Positions 1-12,419 of a DNA stretch of 64,000 nucleotides are shown in pieces (within the stretch, counting starts at the first letter, position 1; every line of letters starts with the position of its first letter). The notes beneath the pieces were generated by a model that was not told the DNA's origin, searched no databases, and saw only the letters and a list, made by a program, of their open reading frames with translations. Where the stretch lies: the NCBI GenBank assembly GCA_030264375.1, contig JASCQW010000142.1:12291196-12355195 (forward strand), in the 5' to 3' direction. Origin of the DNA: Carcharhinus longimanus (lineage: Eukaryota). The translations under genes were made by a program, and so were the position numbers.

Positions 1-2986
1 GGCCAATGGTATAGGCAAACTGGTTAGCCACCGAGAACACAACTAACGAGTGCTTCTCTCACACAAAGAAGCCAAGTTCTACTGGGGAAAGGAGCTGGGA
101 GGTATAAGCTACTGATCCAAAGTTGTTATGGCGCCCTTGGAGGAGAACGGCTACAAGTGTGGCATCCATGTCTGCAACTCCCAAGGCAAAGGGTAGTTCT
201 GGGTTGGATATATGCAGTGCGGGGACCTTCTCTAGGGCCTGCTTCAGTTCTGAGACAACTTCTGTGTGCAGCCCCATCCATTCCCGCGGGGCTTTTTATT
301 TTAAGGAGGTTGGACAAAGAGGAGGCTTTAGTGGCAAAACCATCAATGTGGTTTTGGCAATATCCCACTAAGCTCAGCGAACTCCTTTCTCTGGGGAAGG
401 GATGGATATGGTCTCATGCACTTCCATTCTATCTCGTGTCTTCCCTGGGCTATGACTGTTCCCAAGAATGAGACCTGGAAGCTCATGATTGTGCCTTCTT
501 TGGGTTGACCTTTAACCCTAAAAGTTAACAGTTCCTTCGGTAATTCTAAAGATTTGGCTCTCATGTCAGTCTGTAAGAGGAGGTCGCCCAGTTATTGAAT
601 TAAGAAGTCCAGTTGGGAAAAATCCAGCCCTTCAGCAAATCTCTAGTGAAAGATAGAGGGAGAATTGTGGAAATCCTGGGGCAAGCAGGTCCATGTATTG
701 AGCTGACCCTGGAATGTAAAAGCAAATTGATATTGGGGCATTGCCTGTGAAGTGGTATAGACCAAAATCTAATATTCAGCACTGCAAAATACTTCCCCCC
801 TGGGGCTTGTCACATTGCAGTCACAGGACTGGTTGCTGCTATAGACGCCATAATTAGGGTGGTTTTATTTAATTCTCTGGAGTCGCCAACAGCCATTTGT
901 TTTACTAGCTTGCCAGATTGGTTAGTGGACGCCACAAGGCACAGGACTCCCTCTTGCAGCAAGCTGTTGACCACTGGCTACTTACCCCTCTGCCTGCTTC
1001 AGAAAGGTATGCTGTCTCTGTGGTTTTGGGTCCGGTCTATCAATCACAGCTTCGCCTGTCACCCATCTGCTGCTGTGTTTAAGGCTGGCGAATTCTTCAT
1101 CCGAATTGCCTATGCTGCCAGGTCATTGGTCATCTCAGTGCATTTAATCGACAATTCCCCCATGGTACAAACCCTTTCTGAGTATGATCCCTGTGGCAAC
1201 TTCTGCTGGGGCCTTACCAGTTTTGGGCATCTACTAAATGCAGCCGTTTGCTTGGGTCGAATGACAAACTAACACCTCCGCATAAGGTCCAAGCCCAGGA
1301 TGAGTTAGTCCTGCTGGGTGGTGACAAATCACATTTCCCAATCTAATTTCTGAAGGGTCTGTCTCTGCCCCTTGTTAGACTGTAACCGGTGACAACTTTA
1401 TATCGGATGTAATGTGACAAATGGTAACAAGCTGTAAGAGTCAGCTGACCCAGTAAACCAATCACAGAATGATGTGATGGTCAGCTGACTCACCATAAAT
1501 AAGAACCTGTTGGGAATCGTGGGGAATTTTGGGGTCTTACGCTGGGCCAACCCACATCTGGAGTAATGAAGTTTTCTTTATTAAACCCTTTCTTTGATTT
1601 ATAAATTGGAGTGAGTTTTGATATATTTTTATTGCCTGCATTTGAAGAGTTCCTTCTGAAGAAACACCCCCTTCCTGTAGATGCCCTGTGAAACCACAGG
1701 TGCACCATGTATTATCTAAATCACGGATGTGTGAAGGGTAGCTCTGTATCTCCCGTGTCCCATAGGAATTCAATAGATTGGCCTCCTATCTTACCTTCTA
1801 CACTATCCCACTTGGCACCATACACCCAGTGTGGAGAGACCTGGCACCATCATGCTCTTGAGGTGCATATCCAATTGAGATACAAGAGGCTGATGTGTCA
1901 TCTTCCCCCGTAGATTTACCATGGCTCACCTTGCTAGTCCCTCCAGCAGCAACGGTCAGCATCTCTGTTCTTGTTCCTGAGGTGACGCTTGCTGACTGGG
2001 TGACCAGCAATCTCTAACAAAGTGGTCTGTGCACCCACAGTTAAAATATTTTCCGTGTCAACTTCTGCCCAAGAACTCCCTGCTGCTGCTCCCCACCTCT
2101 TACTGCAGGAAGGGCACATGGACAACTCCTGTAGTAGCTCCCATTACTGCTATCACTCCCTTCATTCCTCCAAACAGGACTGCAGGTGTTGGCTTGCAAG
2201 GCTTGGTTATGCAGGGATTTGGATATGCAGTGTTGGGATACGTGGGATTGGGGTACCCGAGGTTTGGGTACATAGAGTTAGGTACGCAGCGTTTGGGCAC
2301 TCATGGCGTTGGGGTACACAGGGTTTGGGCACGCAAGGTTGGGTTTTGCAACGTTTCAGTACACTGTTTGGGTATACATGGTTGAGGTACACTGAGTTTA
2401 GGGTAAGAGGGGTTTGGGTATGCAGGGTTTGAGCACACAGTATTTGTGAGCATGGAGTTGGTGTACATGGAGTTTGGGTACGTGGTGTTGGGATAAGCGG
2501 TGTTCAGTGCTACATTTCCCACATTCTGCTGATTTATCTTGCCTTCCTTGCTTTGTTTAGGGCTCTAACCTTGGACTTCTTTCCCCCCAGCCTGGGGCAT
2601 CCTCCTCAGTTCACAAGCCTCAGTGTAGGTATCATCAGCTGGGTCGAAATTCTCACACTCCTCCTTTGCCATCTGAGTGGCGTATGAAATAAACATTTAG
2701 GCCCAGTTGCCAAAGACTCCTGTGAACTGTGTCCACAGGCAAGTGCAGTTGGATGTCCTCCCTTCCTCTGCCTGAATTTATTCAATCCTTCCACAGGGTC
2801 TCCCTTACTGTAACCTACTGTGGCCAGGATTGCTTCCTTCATGTCTGTCAAAGTGCCTCCCCCGACATTCTGGTGATTGGATAAAGTGGAATGGAGAACG
2901 GGACTCGGACATTGTAAAAGAAAGTTCAGCTCTTTGGTGTTCTCCAGTCCATGCAAAACGAATGGCGGTATACATGATCAACAAAC
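1..2986 (-). mobile_element. Degenerate endogenous retrovirus (gag-pro-pol), foamy/spuma-like; cut by the window edge and the gap at 2987-3264
   Basis: Frameshifted minus-strand motifs occur in retroviral order: capsid-like LNKFRQRKGGHP (~2750), protease IEFLWDTG (WDTG at 1751-1762), DPKPERQH...SLLQEGVL (~950-1035), WRL..RELNKTT (~860-900), FWSIPL, FAFTFQGQ.NTWTCLPQDFHNSPSIFH (~650-730), decayed QYVDDLLL (LIQ*LGDLLLQ, ~570-605), GYCQNHIDGFA, and connection/RNase H-like LKQALEKVPAL..AVLLQ..VAYTS (59-250). Confidence 0.85.
2185..2512 (-). repeat. Degenerate 15-bp tandem repeat (~20 units) in ERV gag encoding PNxxY pentapeptides
   Basis: Recurring + strand unit like GGGTACRCRGNGTTT. Translations read PNTAY-PNTTY-PNSMY-TNSML...SNPAY-PNPSY and PNSMY-PNLGY-PNPTY-PNTAY. 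Confidence 0.85.
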
Positions 2987-3309
2987 NNNNNNNNNNNNNN
3001 NNNNNNNNNNNNNNNNNNNNNNNNNNNNNNNNNNNNNNNNNNNNNNNNNNNNNNNNNNNNNNNNNNNNNNNNNNNNNNNNNNNNNNNNNNNNNNNNNNNN
3101 NNNNNNNNNNNNNNNNNNNNNNNNNNNNNNNNNNNNNNNNNNNNNNNNNNNNNNNNNNNNNNNNNNNNNNNNNNNNNNNNNNNNNNNNNNNNNNNNNNNN
3201 NNNNNNNNNNNNNNNNNNNNNNNNNNNNNNNNNNNNNNNNNNNNNNNNNNNNNNNNNNNNNNNNCCTACCCTTCCGGGGACTATATCCCTCTATTCCCAT
3301 CCTATTCGT

Positions 3310-3620
3310 ACAGAAGGAAAGGAGAGGGTGCAGAATGTAGTGTTACAGTCATAGCTAGGGTATAGAGAAAGATCATCTTAATGGGAGATAGGTTCATTCA
3401 AAAGTCTAACAGCAGCAGAGAAGAAGCCGTTCTTGAATTGGTTGGTACGTGACCTCAGATTTTTGTATCTTTTTACCGACTGAAGAAGGTGGAATAGAGA
3501 ATGTCTGGGATGCGTGGGGTTCTTAATTATGCTGGCTGCTTTGCTGAGGCAGTTGGAAGTGTAGACAATGTCAACGGATGGGAGGCTGGTTTTCGTGATG
3601 GACTGGGCTGTATTGGGACA
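3310..3620 (-). mobile_element. Rex1/Babar-type non-LTR retrotransposon, 3' fragment
   Basis: The ORF reads AASIIKNPTHPRHSLFHLLQSVKRYKNLRSRTNQFKNGFFSAAVRLLN, the typical Rex-Babar ORF2 C-terminus. It is similar to the copy at 15700-16000. Confidence 0.75.
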
Positions 3621-3789
3621 GGAGTGGGTGGTGGAGATGGAGTAGGGCTCTACTGGGCACGGCGGTGGGGGGTGGGGGGGGGGGCACACGAAGGGGTCAA
3701 GTTGTTCCAAAAAATGGAAATAGATGTCCCCATTCACTATGTTTGCCTCCTCCTATCCTCCCAGTTACTAGACTGGAAAAAAAAATGGA

Positions 3790-4262
3790 AAAAAGATTTA
3801 CAAGGATGTTACTGGGACTGAAAGGTTTGAATTATAAGGAGGGGCTGCATAATCTGGGATTTCTTTCTCCAGAGCGTAGGAGAATGTGGAGTGACATCAT
3901 TGAGGTTTATAAAATCATGAGTGGCACAGATAGGGTGAATAGCCAAGATCTTTCTCCAGCGTTGGGAAACACAAACTAGAGAGCAAATGTTTTTGGTGGG
4001 GGGGGGAGTGCGTGATGATTTAAAAGGGATCTGAGGGGCAGCTTTTTCACACAGGGTAGTGTGTATATGGAATGAGCTGCCGGGGAGGTGGTAGAGGCAG
4101 ATACAATTAAAACATTTAAAATACATCTGGACAGGTACATGGATGGGGAAGATTTAGAGGGATAAGGGTCAAATGCAGGCAAATGGGACTAGTTCCGTTT
4201 AGGCAACCTGGTTGGCAGTGGGGCCGGAGGGCCTGGTTCCGTGCTATATATCTCTATGACTC
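3790..4262 (+). mobile_element. CR1 LINE (HER1-like), 3' fragment
   Basis: KRFTRMLLGLKGLNYKEGL..LGFLSPERRRMWSDIIEVYKIM and FFTQ..V..WNELP motifs; ends in a CTCTATGACTC tail. Confidence 0.9.
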
Positions 4263-4597
4263 CATATAAAAGCAAGTTCTTCTGTCATCAATAAGGAGGA
4301 AGAAACAAAGTTAAATTGTGGCACCAGAAAGAGCTGAGTGCATCTTGGGATTTTGAGGGGGGGCGGGGGAGGTTGAGCCAGAGAGATGGGGGCCGGAGGG
4401 CAGGCAGTGCCAGAGCAACAGCAAACCAGAGACAGAGAGGGCAAGTGAGCCAGAGCCAGGGAGAGACCGCGAGAGGGGTGGGAAGGATAGTCTGCAAATA
4501 TCACTAAGCGCTCCCTCTCTAATCCCATTAATTGTGTTGATGAAAACATTTAAGAAAATGATTAAAAATTGGAACCCAGTTTCTTTTAGTCCATTTC

Positions 4598-4603
4598 TTT
4601 ATT
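4598..4603 (-). terminator. Candidate polyadenylation signal (AATAAA) ending the long FRS3 3'UTR
   Basis: AATAAA on the minus strand is followed by a T-rich downstream element (tttttaatcattttcttaaatgtttt), at the edge of a ~7 kb block poor in young repeats. Confidence 0.4.
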
Positions 4604-7600
4604 CTATATGCCATTTTTAAAGGCCAATAAAGTATGATACAGCAACGCTCTTACAACATTTAATCGTTATATTTCATACATTTCCATACAGCATATAAAC
4701 AAAGTATGAAATGGTGCTAGTTTGAACATAACATTTGCAGTACCGTATAATACAATGCATTTATAAACATAACCTGATTTCCATAAAACAGAAACATCCA
4801 ACTTAATTGTTCATCCCTAATGGGGATCTTTTATTAGTGTAGTCACTTTAATAAAGTCATAAATATTTAGAATCAGACTACAATTACTTTGACTGAAATT
4901 ACAATACCATTATTCTGCTTAAGCATACCTACAGTTTACCTAAGGAAAACTAGGCCATTAATTGCATTTAACCCTTCCTTATCCATAAGGGCACAAACAG
5001 CACTTTTTTTGAGAGTGATGATGGTGCTGATTATTATGATATTGAAGCTCAATTTGAAGAGGCAACTAATTACTGGGCTTTACCTTTAATGAACAGAGTG
5101 AATAATACCTTTAATATAAAGCATCAACCACTTTAGCATGAGCAGTTTTCATAATGTTGCTACAGTGCAGAGGTTAACAGCATTTTGGATAAAAGATGTG
5201 CAAAATCTATTGACAGAGAAAGAAAATACACCTTGACTGAATGATAAATGGTTACAATCCAACCAGATTATTTCCTGGTTAATTTTACCTGCAGGCCCTA
5301 CTTGATCGATGAAGCAGCTCAGGACAATTTGTACGTACCATGGTTCCTTTGTGAATTCATGAAGTGGGTTTGAACACTTCATGGATTGGAAAGGGTTAAA
5401 AACAGTAGAGTTTATAAACTCAAGGATATCACAGCTAAGGAAACGCGATAATCACAGAATTCACAAATGCCACCACAGTTCCCTACACATTGTTTAAAAA
5501 TAACTTAGAGGCATATGTGAAATTTGAACTGTGGATTTATTGGCGCCTGGTTGAAGTGGTGGCATTAGGTCACAGTCATGAGCAAATAGGACAAAAGCAT
5601 TAAGACGGGCAATGAGATATTGATTTACATCGTACCATTGTATGAATGCACGCCGTATGTGCAGGGACCTGGGAAAGTAAATGTCACAATCATCCTAATG
5701 TTTGGTAAAAAATTAAGGCAAATTATTTTAACAGCAAAAACTGGATGCATGTTAAGTTTAAAATGATCAGGGACCTCTCTGAGTACCAATACAATTAAAT
5801 CACATTATTACTATTTGAGATTTGAAAAAGTAACTCTAGGTGCTCCATTACAATTTTTCTCCAATCTGATCTGGTACTATCTGATTTTGAGTAAATTGTC
5901 AATTCTGACTGATTACTAAGGCCTGGGAAATGCACTCCCTCTGTACCAATAAAAAATCATTTAAACAAAGCAACAAAACTACCTGCGTAGGGAAAAAAAA
6001 ATCTAGTTTGAGTCCCTTTCTTTTTTGCATATATAGGCTTTTCAAATGGCTATAGTTTAGCTTAGTTGACAGCATGCTCCTACAATTCTTGTGCAATGAG
6101 TTCTGTGTACATTCAGAAAATTCTGTGATTACCCTTCTTCTGTACCTTGGAAAAGCTCACGGAAGCAGACATATACAGCAGCATCCAAGGACATCTACGT
6201 ACAGTACACAAAAAACTTCTACAAAACTGCCAGCAGATCAGCACATGCAGAGGAATGAAGGACTGTTAAGATGGTGATAATTATGGCCTGAAACCTGCTC
6301 GGACTATTTATTCATGAAACTTTACACAATACTTGACGGGAAAAACGCCCACTGAAATTTAAAAGTGACTATACAATGAAAGTTGCGCAATTGCGTTTGT
6401 GACTAGAGGCATCTAGATGTCACCGCCGTGTCGACAGTGGCACTTCAAATCAAATCACACATACTCTCTACAATGTACATCAAAATTATCAGACTTAAAT
6501 ACTTCCACTAGTGTCCCAGTATTTTTATTCAGTGTGTTTTGGTCACCAGTGCGGAAGAATGAAACCACTTTCCACTTTTGCTTTTATGACAATAATAATG
6601 ACTCAAGACCAAGTAACCTAGTTTCATGGAAGTCTTAGCCCCTACTACAGATATGTAATTAGGAGGAAAGGGAAGAAGTGTGGCTAATCACAACTGTATT
6701 TAAAAATCTTGCTTCCATCTAAACATCTTACTAGCACAGTGATAAGGCACTTGCTTCTCACCTCTACATTTTACAGATTAAGTCAGGCAAAGCCTTACAT
6801 TCCAAGCATATTTATAATATTTGAATCTTGGCATTAGTAGCATCCACCTTCTAATACACCCACCCCTGCCAAACACAAAGAAAACACCAATTACAATATT
6901 TAGAAAACAGACACCTGCTACCAGCCAATCCATATGGCAACTGAGGCACTTAGCTGTAAAAGAAACTTCAGTGCTAATCTGTAAACATAACTGTATTCAG
7001 CAGTCTCAGCGACTGATCAGAGGTCAAATTTTTTTTTTAAAGAGAGAGAGGTGGGGGAGTGATGACACAGCCTTCTAAATGATTTAGCAAATAGAGAGAA
7101 CTTCAAATTTAAATTAAAATGCTTTACCTCACCAAGAGAAGACAACAGTTTGCACAGGAAACACCAAGGCCAGTATTTTAAGGCTAAAATTGCACAATAT
7201 GAAGTTATAACTATTATAGACCTGGCCAAGCCAGGTCAACAAGAAAAGATACAAGGATTCTTGGCTTTCATCCTTAGTTTTTAAACATCTATCGGTTGAT
7301 GTTAACTACATGGTTTTGGATTACAAGAGAGCTGGTGGAAAACCCTGAATAGAAATCCAGACAGCACAATAATCTCTTTAATATCATCTGTTCTTGGCTT
7401 GAGAGTGCTGTAAAGGATCTGTAACTTCAGCAGTGCAACAGAGTGCAAGTCCCAGTCTCAACTACCCTTTGAACTTTGTATCCATCAGCCTGATTGGAGA
7501 AAATCGTGGCTGTTGTGCTGGCCAAAGCATTGCTCTCTTACGCTCGGAAACTGGATTCAAATCCTACTTGGAGAGAACACAAACTCCACCACCTGCCACA

Positions 7601-8539
7601 AGTTTAAGGTCACAAATTAAAAGAAAACAAATTAGAAAAAAGTCTGACAAGTCTTCATGCAGTTTCCAGTTGGAATCTGTAGTTCAAAATCAACCCTAAT
7701 TTGGCACTGATTAGAAATTTTCATCTAAGACAAACTAAGTAAGGTTGTTACAGAACCCAAATCAATGCAGTTCAGGTACATCTAGGACTTGAAAGCTATA
7801 TTCATTTTCAGATCTGTTCTGAGCAATGCCTGATCAAAGAGTGCAAAAGAAGGCACAAAGTGGAAATGAAGTTTCATTCTTTAGCCCTGTTCAACCTCAC
7901 CCTGATGAGTACACCTGCATATAGGAGGATAATACTGTGAAGCCATTCATTTGGCCAACTGAAGTTCAAAAAGTTGTGCACAGAACTGGTGCAGTCCCAA
8001 GTTCAGTTCAAAAAGGACAAAATCCCTAATCCCTTGCATCTATGGTGAATACAGACGATCCTGGAAATGAACACACACACACACACATAACAAAGGCCAC
8101 GTATATTTGTTGAGTGGAAATCAGCTTAATCCTGGTGAAAAAACTAAAAACCGCAACTGCACCCAACATCGGAAAAAGTAAATGCAATTTGGCAACTCTT
8201 AGCTTTCAAAGCACACACAAAATATTTTCAAAGCTGCAATATATTTCCACCAATATCTGTTCAAGCATAATGTGATAAGAGTTAAATGCACATAATGTAT
8301 GGCCGAACAACTGAAATGTCATTAATTGCTGCTATGCCCCACACTTTATAGTCTCAAACTGCATTCCACAGAATCAACTGTAAATTCCTAAAATATGATA
8401 CTTTAGTTCCATCTAGTGGCATGCTGCGGTAGTGACTGATTTTAGACGCCATTTACTAGCTCATTGCAACTTGCTTTGTCCCTGCCAATCTTTTCCTTTA
8501 GAAGGTCTTGACTCTTTCTTGCGGTCTAATTCTATGAGC

Positions 8540-8855
8540 AGCACTTCCTCTAGTAGCAGCTAGTTCAAATGGTCATTTTTTCAAGTGTGAGATTTAACAG
8601 TCAACATGCAAACTCACCTTGAGGGAGGATTCCTGCAGCCTGTCCTCCGATATCATTGCAAGCACATCGTCAGCTGGGGCATTGGATAGCAACAGTGGCC
8701 ACTTTTACTCTCACCCCCCAACCCAGTGGCACTAAGGCTACCTATCATCGCCTCCAACTGAAACCAGTTTATGGATCCACCGTGAACCCAAGAGATACTT
8801 GGTTGTAGTACCAGCTACTCATTGCATTACCTCACTAAACTATTGGAGGAGCCCA
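8540..8855 (-). mobile_element. Possible ancient, highly decayed tRNA-derived SINE
   Basis: The minus strand begins gggctcctccaatagtttagtgaggtaatgca, a SINE-head-like sequence. There is weak resemblance to 33640-33860. Confidence 0.3.
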
Positions 8856-11481
8856 ACATGTACCTCTCTTTGACTTCTCTACCACCCCCCTTTTGAAGTT
8901 ATTTTAATATTTCTATGCATTTTCTCACTCACAAATCGGCAATTGTGCAAGATCTTTTAGTGTTAAACCAGTAAACTGGCATCGTGCAAATGAAGTGCAG
9001 AAGTGACTCCCACTCATTAACTTTCTTCACCTTGCTGAGGAAAACTCCTTGGTGCCTCACTGCATTTACTCACACAGCTAACTGGGTTTAGGGATGAAAA
9101 GCTGCTGTGTGGAAATGTTACTTTCAGCCAAATCTCAGTCACAATCTGTACTTTCTACAGTGTGCCACACTAGTACCTGTGTTACAAAAGGCATCATTTT
9201 TAGGTTAAACACATGACAACTGTACAATAGAAACCAGTTCAGTAATACTACATTCCAAATTTTTCCAGATAAGTGGAGGCTTTTCACTACAGCATATTAA
9301 TTAAACAAGAAAGTCAAAGTGCAGCACCATCTGTGACTCATCACCATGGCAGCTGTAAATTCAAAATGCAGAGGGGGATGGGGGAAAAGAGGCAGTTTTA
9401 AGGAATTAAGCAAAGCCTTTTGGTTCAGAAAAATGAAAGTGATTAGCTTCAGGAATGTCATACAATTAACCAGATTTTGCAGCATCACAATAGCCAGTTT
9501 TGCAGAGAATTTTAAAACAAAGGTGTTTAACTTTTAAATATACTTGTAAGACTTGCGATTTAAGACTGACAGTTGATGGAGACATTCAAGTATCAAAAAT
9601 CTTCAGTGATGTTGAGTGTCTGAGTTAACTTTCTTTTAAAAAAAAATCTTTAGGAACAAATGATGTCCTTCATTTCTTTTTCATAGATACTCTGCATCTG
9701 TCAACTCACTCCCAACAAACTCAAAACATGGATAATATACTGCAGCTTTGAAAGTTATATTGGGAAAGTCAGACAAATGTCAGGCTATGTGATCTTGTGC
9801 AGAAAGTTATTACAGTATTTGCATTCCCACAGACCACAGCAGAAATGCTTATGACCAAACACTGTCCTATTCACATTGTTGTATTAAATGAAGTACAAGC
9901 TGAAAAGGGAATTATGGTGTTTTTTGATCAACTACAGCCAAAGTACAACATACAAATAAGTAATTAACTATGAAGCTCCAACAATTGGAAGGAGCAAGCA
10001 AGTCTTAGTGTAAACAAAGGCACCAGACAGACTGGATTTTGTTAAACACTACATCATATTTCATGCATGGAGGGTTGGCACTTTTTTGGCACATTTTATA
10101 ATGTTTTATAACCCTGAAAATGTAAAGAGTCAATTACAGAACTAGAAATAAGAGTTAAGGATGTTCAATATAAATTGCAGTAAGTCAGTTTGATGAATGA
10201 TCACACTTTTGATGGGAGATTAATTTGTACAATCTAAGAAAACAGTATGTACTTTCAAAATACAGTATATGATGCTCTCACACACAACTCCTTATGTAAC
10301 TAGCTGAGGCGAACTAAAAATTTGGGGTCTTTCCTTTCTGATTCAGAGTAGATATATTGGAAACTTAGAGGAAAAACTGAAGCCTCATTGCATGTGTCAA
10401 TACTACTTCCACTAGAGAAATTACTATTACGCAATCATTCACCCACCTCGCATCAAATTTCAACTTGAGTTTCACTCAATTGAAGAAACAGGTTTGAGTA
10501 GTTCTTTTAAACATTAGCTTGGAACATTTTTATACAACTCCAACTGCCTTGTAAGTCCAACTTTTCTTGCCAATTCTTTTCTGCAGCTGTTCTATTTCTC
10601 ACTTTTCCTTCCATCCCCACATGGTCTTGTTGGGTCTTGCTATAAGTCTGTACACATTAGGGTCTCACCAACTCCTACCCCCTTACTCACAAACAGTGAT
10701 CTTTCTGCCATTGTACTGGGGCAGGGGTAAGAACTGAGCTTAAGCAAGCTGTTCCACCTTGCATGAGCAGGACATACAAGCCAGGAAATCCATGTGCACG
10801 CCCTTCTTCCAGGAGTCATAGGACTGCAGCTTGGAGGAGAGGTGCTGCCTTTTCTTCTCCTCCCTAACCAACCACCACTGCAGAGACCAGTTAATTCAAC
10901 AATTAGATTGAACTGTTGACTTTCCTACTAGGAATAGGTGAGCTACTCACTAGATAAACTTAGAGGTATTGATGGAGCATTTGTGCTATATTGATTTTAT
11001 AAATACGAACATACTGTATCAGAATCCCCATCTAATCAAACATTCATTTGATTCCCCTTGACAAATAAAGCAAAAGCATTTCCAATGAGCAGGCCACCTT
11101 TGAAATTTGTAGCAAACATCCTTAATCCTTTGACAATTGTTCATCTGAGCTGTTCGATGTAGTTTTTACATCTTTCACTACACGATGCACAGTAAAACAA
11201 TGTTGACTGATGCATAGTAATGACTAGCATCAAATACCTTAAATAGCCTCCTGACACTTGGATCAAAGAGACAGTATCTGTTTTCCTGGGCCTGCACACA
11301 GTCTATTTCATAAAGCATTAAAAAAAAGTCAAAGAAAAACATCTCAAAGCACATGATATTATTTCCTTTTGAAAGTAGCAGCCCATCAAAAATGACAATT
11401 TCTGTACCAAGCTTGTCATCTTTAACAAAGGATCTCTGCAGGAATGTAGTGACAATTTAAAGCCATTCTGAAATGTCTGTG

Positions 11482-11671
11482 CACGCAAGACCTTTTAAAC
11501 AGAGGCTGTCCCTTTAAAAAAGGCAAAGTTTTACCCAAGAAGAAAATGTAGACTATAATGTACCATATTTGACACTTCAGAAGTAGAACATTTTCTTTGA
11601 ATTCATTTTAATGGCAATTATGGCTAGCAGTGGGTTCCAACAAATGAAGAGAATGGCAGATGTGTACTGTT
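11482..11671 (-). pseudogene. Processed (spliced) copy of the FRS3 exon5/exon6 junction
   Basis: 11652-11671 matches 18832-18851 at 19/20 nt. 11482-11651 matches 16210-16379 with 2 mismatches. The join falls exactly at the GT (18831-18830) and AG (16381-16380) boundaries. Confidence 0.8.
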
Positions 11672-12419
11672 TGACTTTCCATGACTTTTTGTGTCACGTG
11701 CCGTGGTGAATGACACAGTTCCATGAAGAGGTGACACAAGTGCATAAGGCCAAGTGCATTATCCTGAGGACTCCATTCTTCCTGCCGTAGACAGCCCATG
11801 ATTCTTTTCACCATGTTCATTTTTCCCAGATTCCTGAAAACACGGCCAACCCAGAAAATTAAAAGGTCTCGAGTGGACGAAGGAGAGATGAAGGTTGGTG
11901 TTTTCTTTCCCCACCTCCTCCAAGCATTGGTGGGCTTTCTTAACTATAGTGTCGGTATGGGGGGGACCTCGAATTGGATTCAATTGGAATTTGGTTTTTG
12001 GAACAAACAAGGAGATGGGTTGGGGTTTGCCTGCTCTGCTCTGAACATTGGCTTTATAACTTTAAGGATGGAGTTTAAAAAGAATTTGTAAACTCTTTAG
12101 TGCCTGCCTACCCTGAATCCTAGCCTTGGGAGCAATGTTTCAACTTGTGCCCTCAGTGACGTTTGGGCTCTTATCTTGTGTAAAGTAGTGGCCATGAAAA
12201 AGAATAAGGTACAGTGTGTAAAGATCACTGAGTTCAGACTGCTCCCCATCACTGGCCGTTGCTGCTTCATTAAAGCTACTAAATATTCCCCCTACTCCCC
12301 CCCACCCCAATCAACCTCCCCCTTCCCTTGATGCACATACTCCGAATAGTAGACTGTTCCACAGCCCTTAGCAGTTTACTGCAATAAATCCCAGTTTACT
12401 GAGATAAATCCCAGATCTT

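Larger units (their letters stand above)
4570..11651 (-). other. Probable long 3'UTR of the FRS3-like gene
   Basis: It continues directly from a copy of the terminal-exon start (11482-11651 matches 16210-16379). It is AT-rich, lacks the young SINE/LINE copies dense elsewhere, and ends at a candidate polyA signal. Confidence 0.5.

Noticed and set aside
2394-2405. YPKL late-domain-like motif
   Set aside because: It arises at a one-base frameshift; the repeat register reads YPNSVY.
2022-2432. Plus-strand Gly/Val/Tyr-rich ORFs resembling keratin-associated or eggcase proteins
   Set aside because: They are the antisense reading of the 15-bp repeat embedded in the minus-strand ERV gag-pol.
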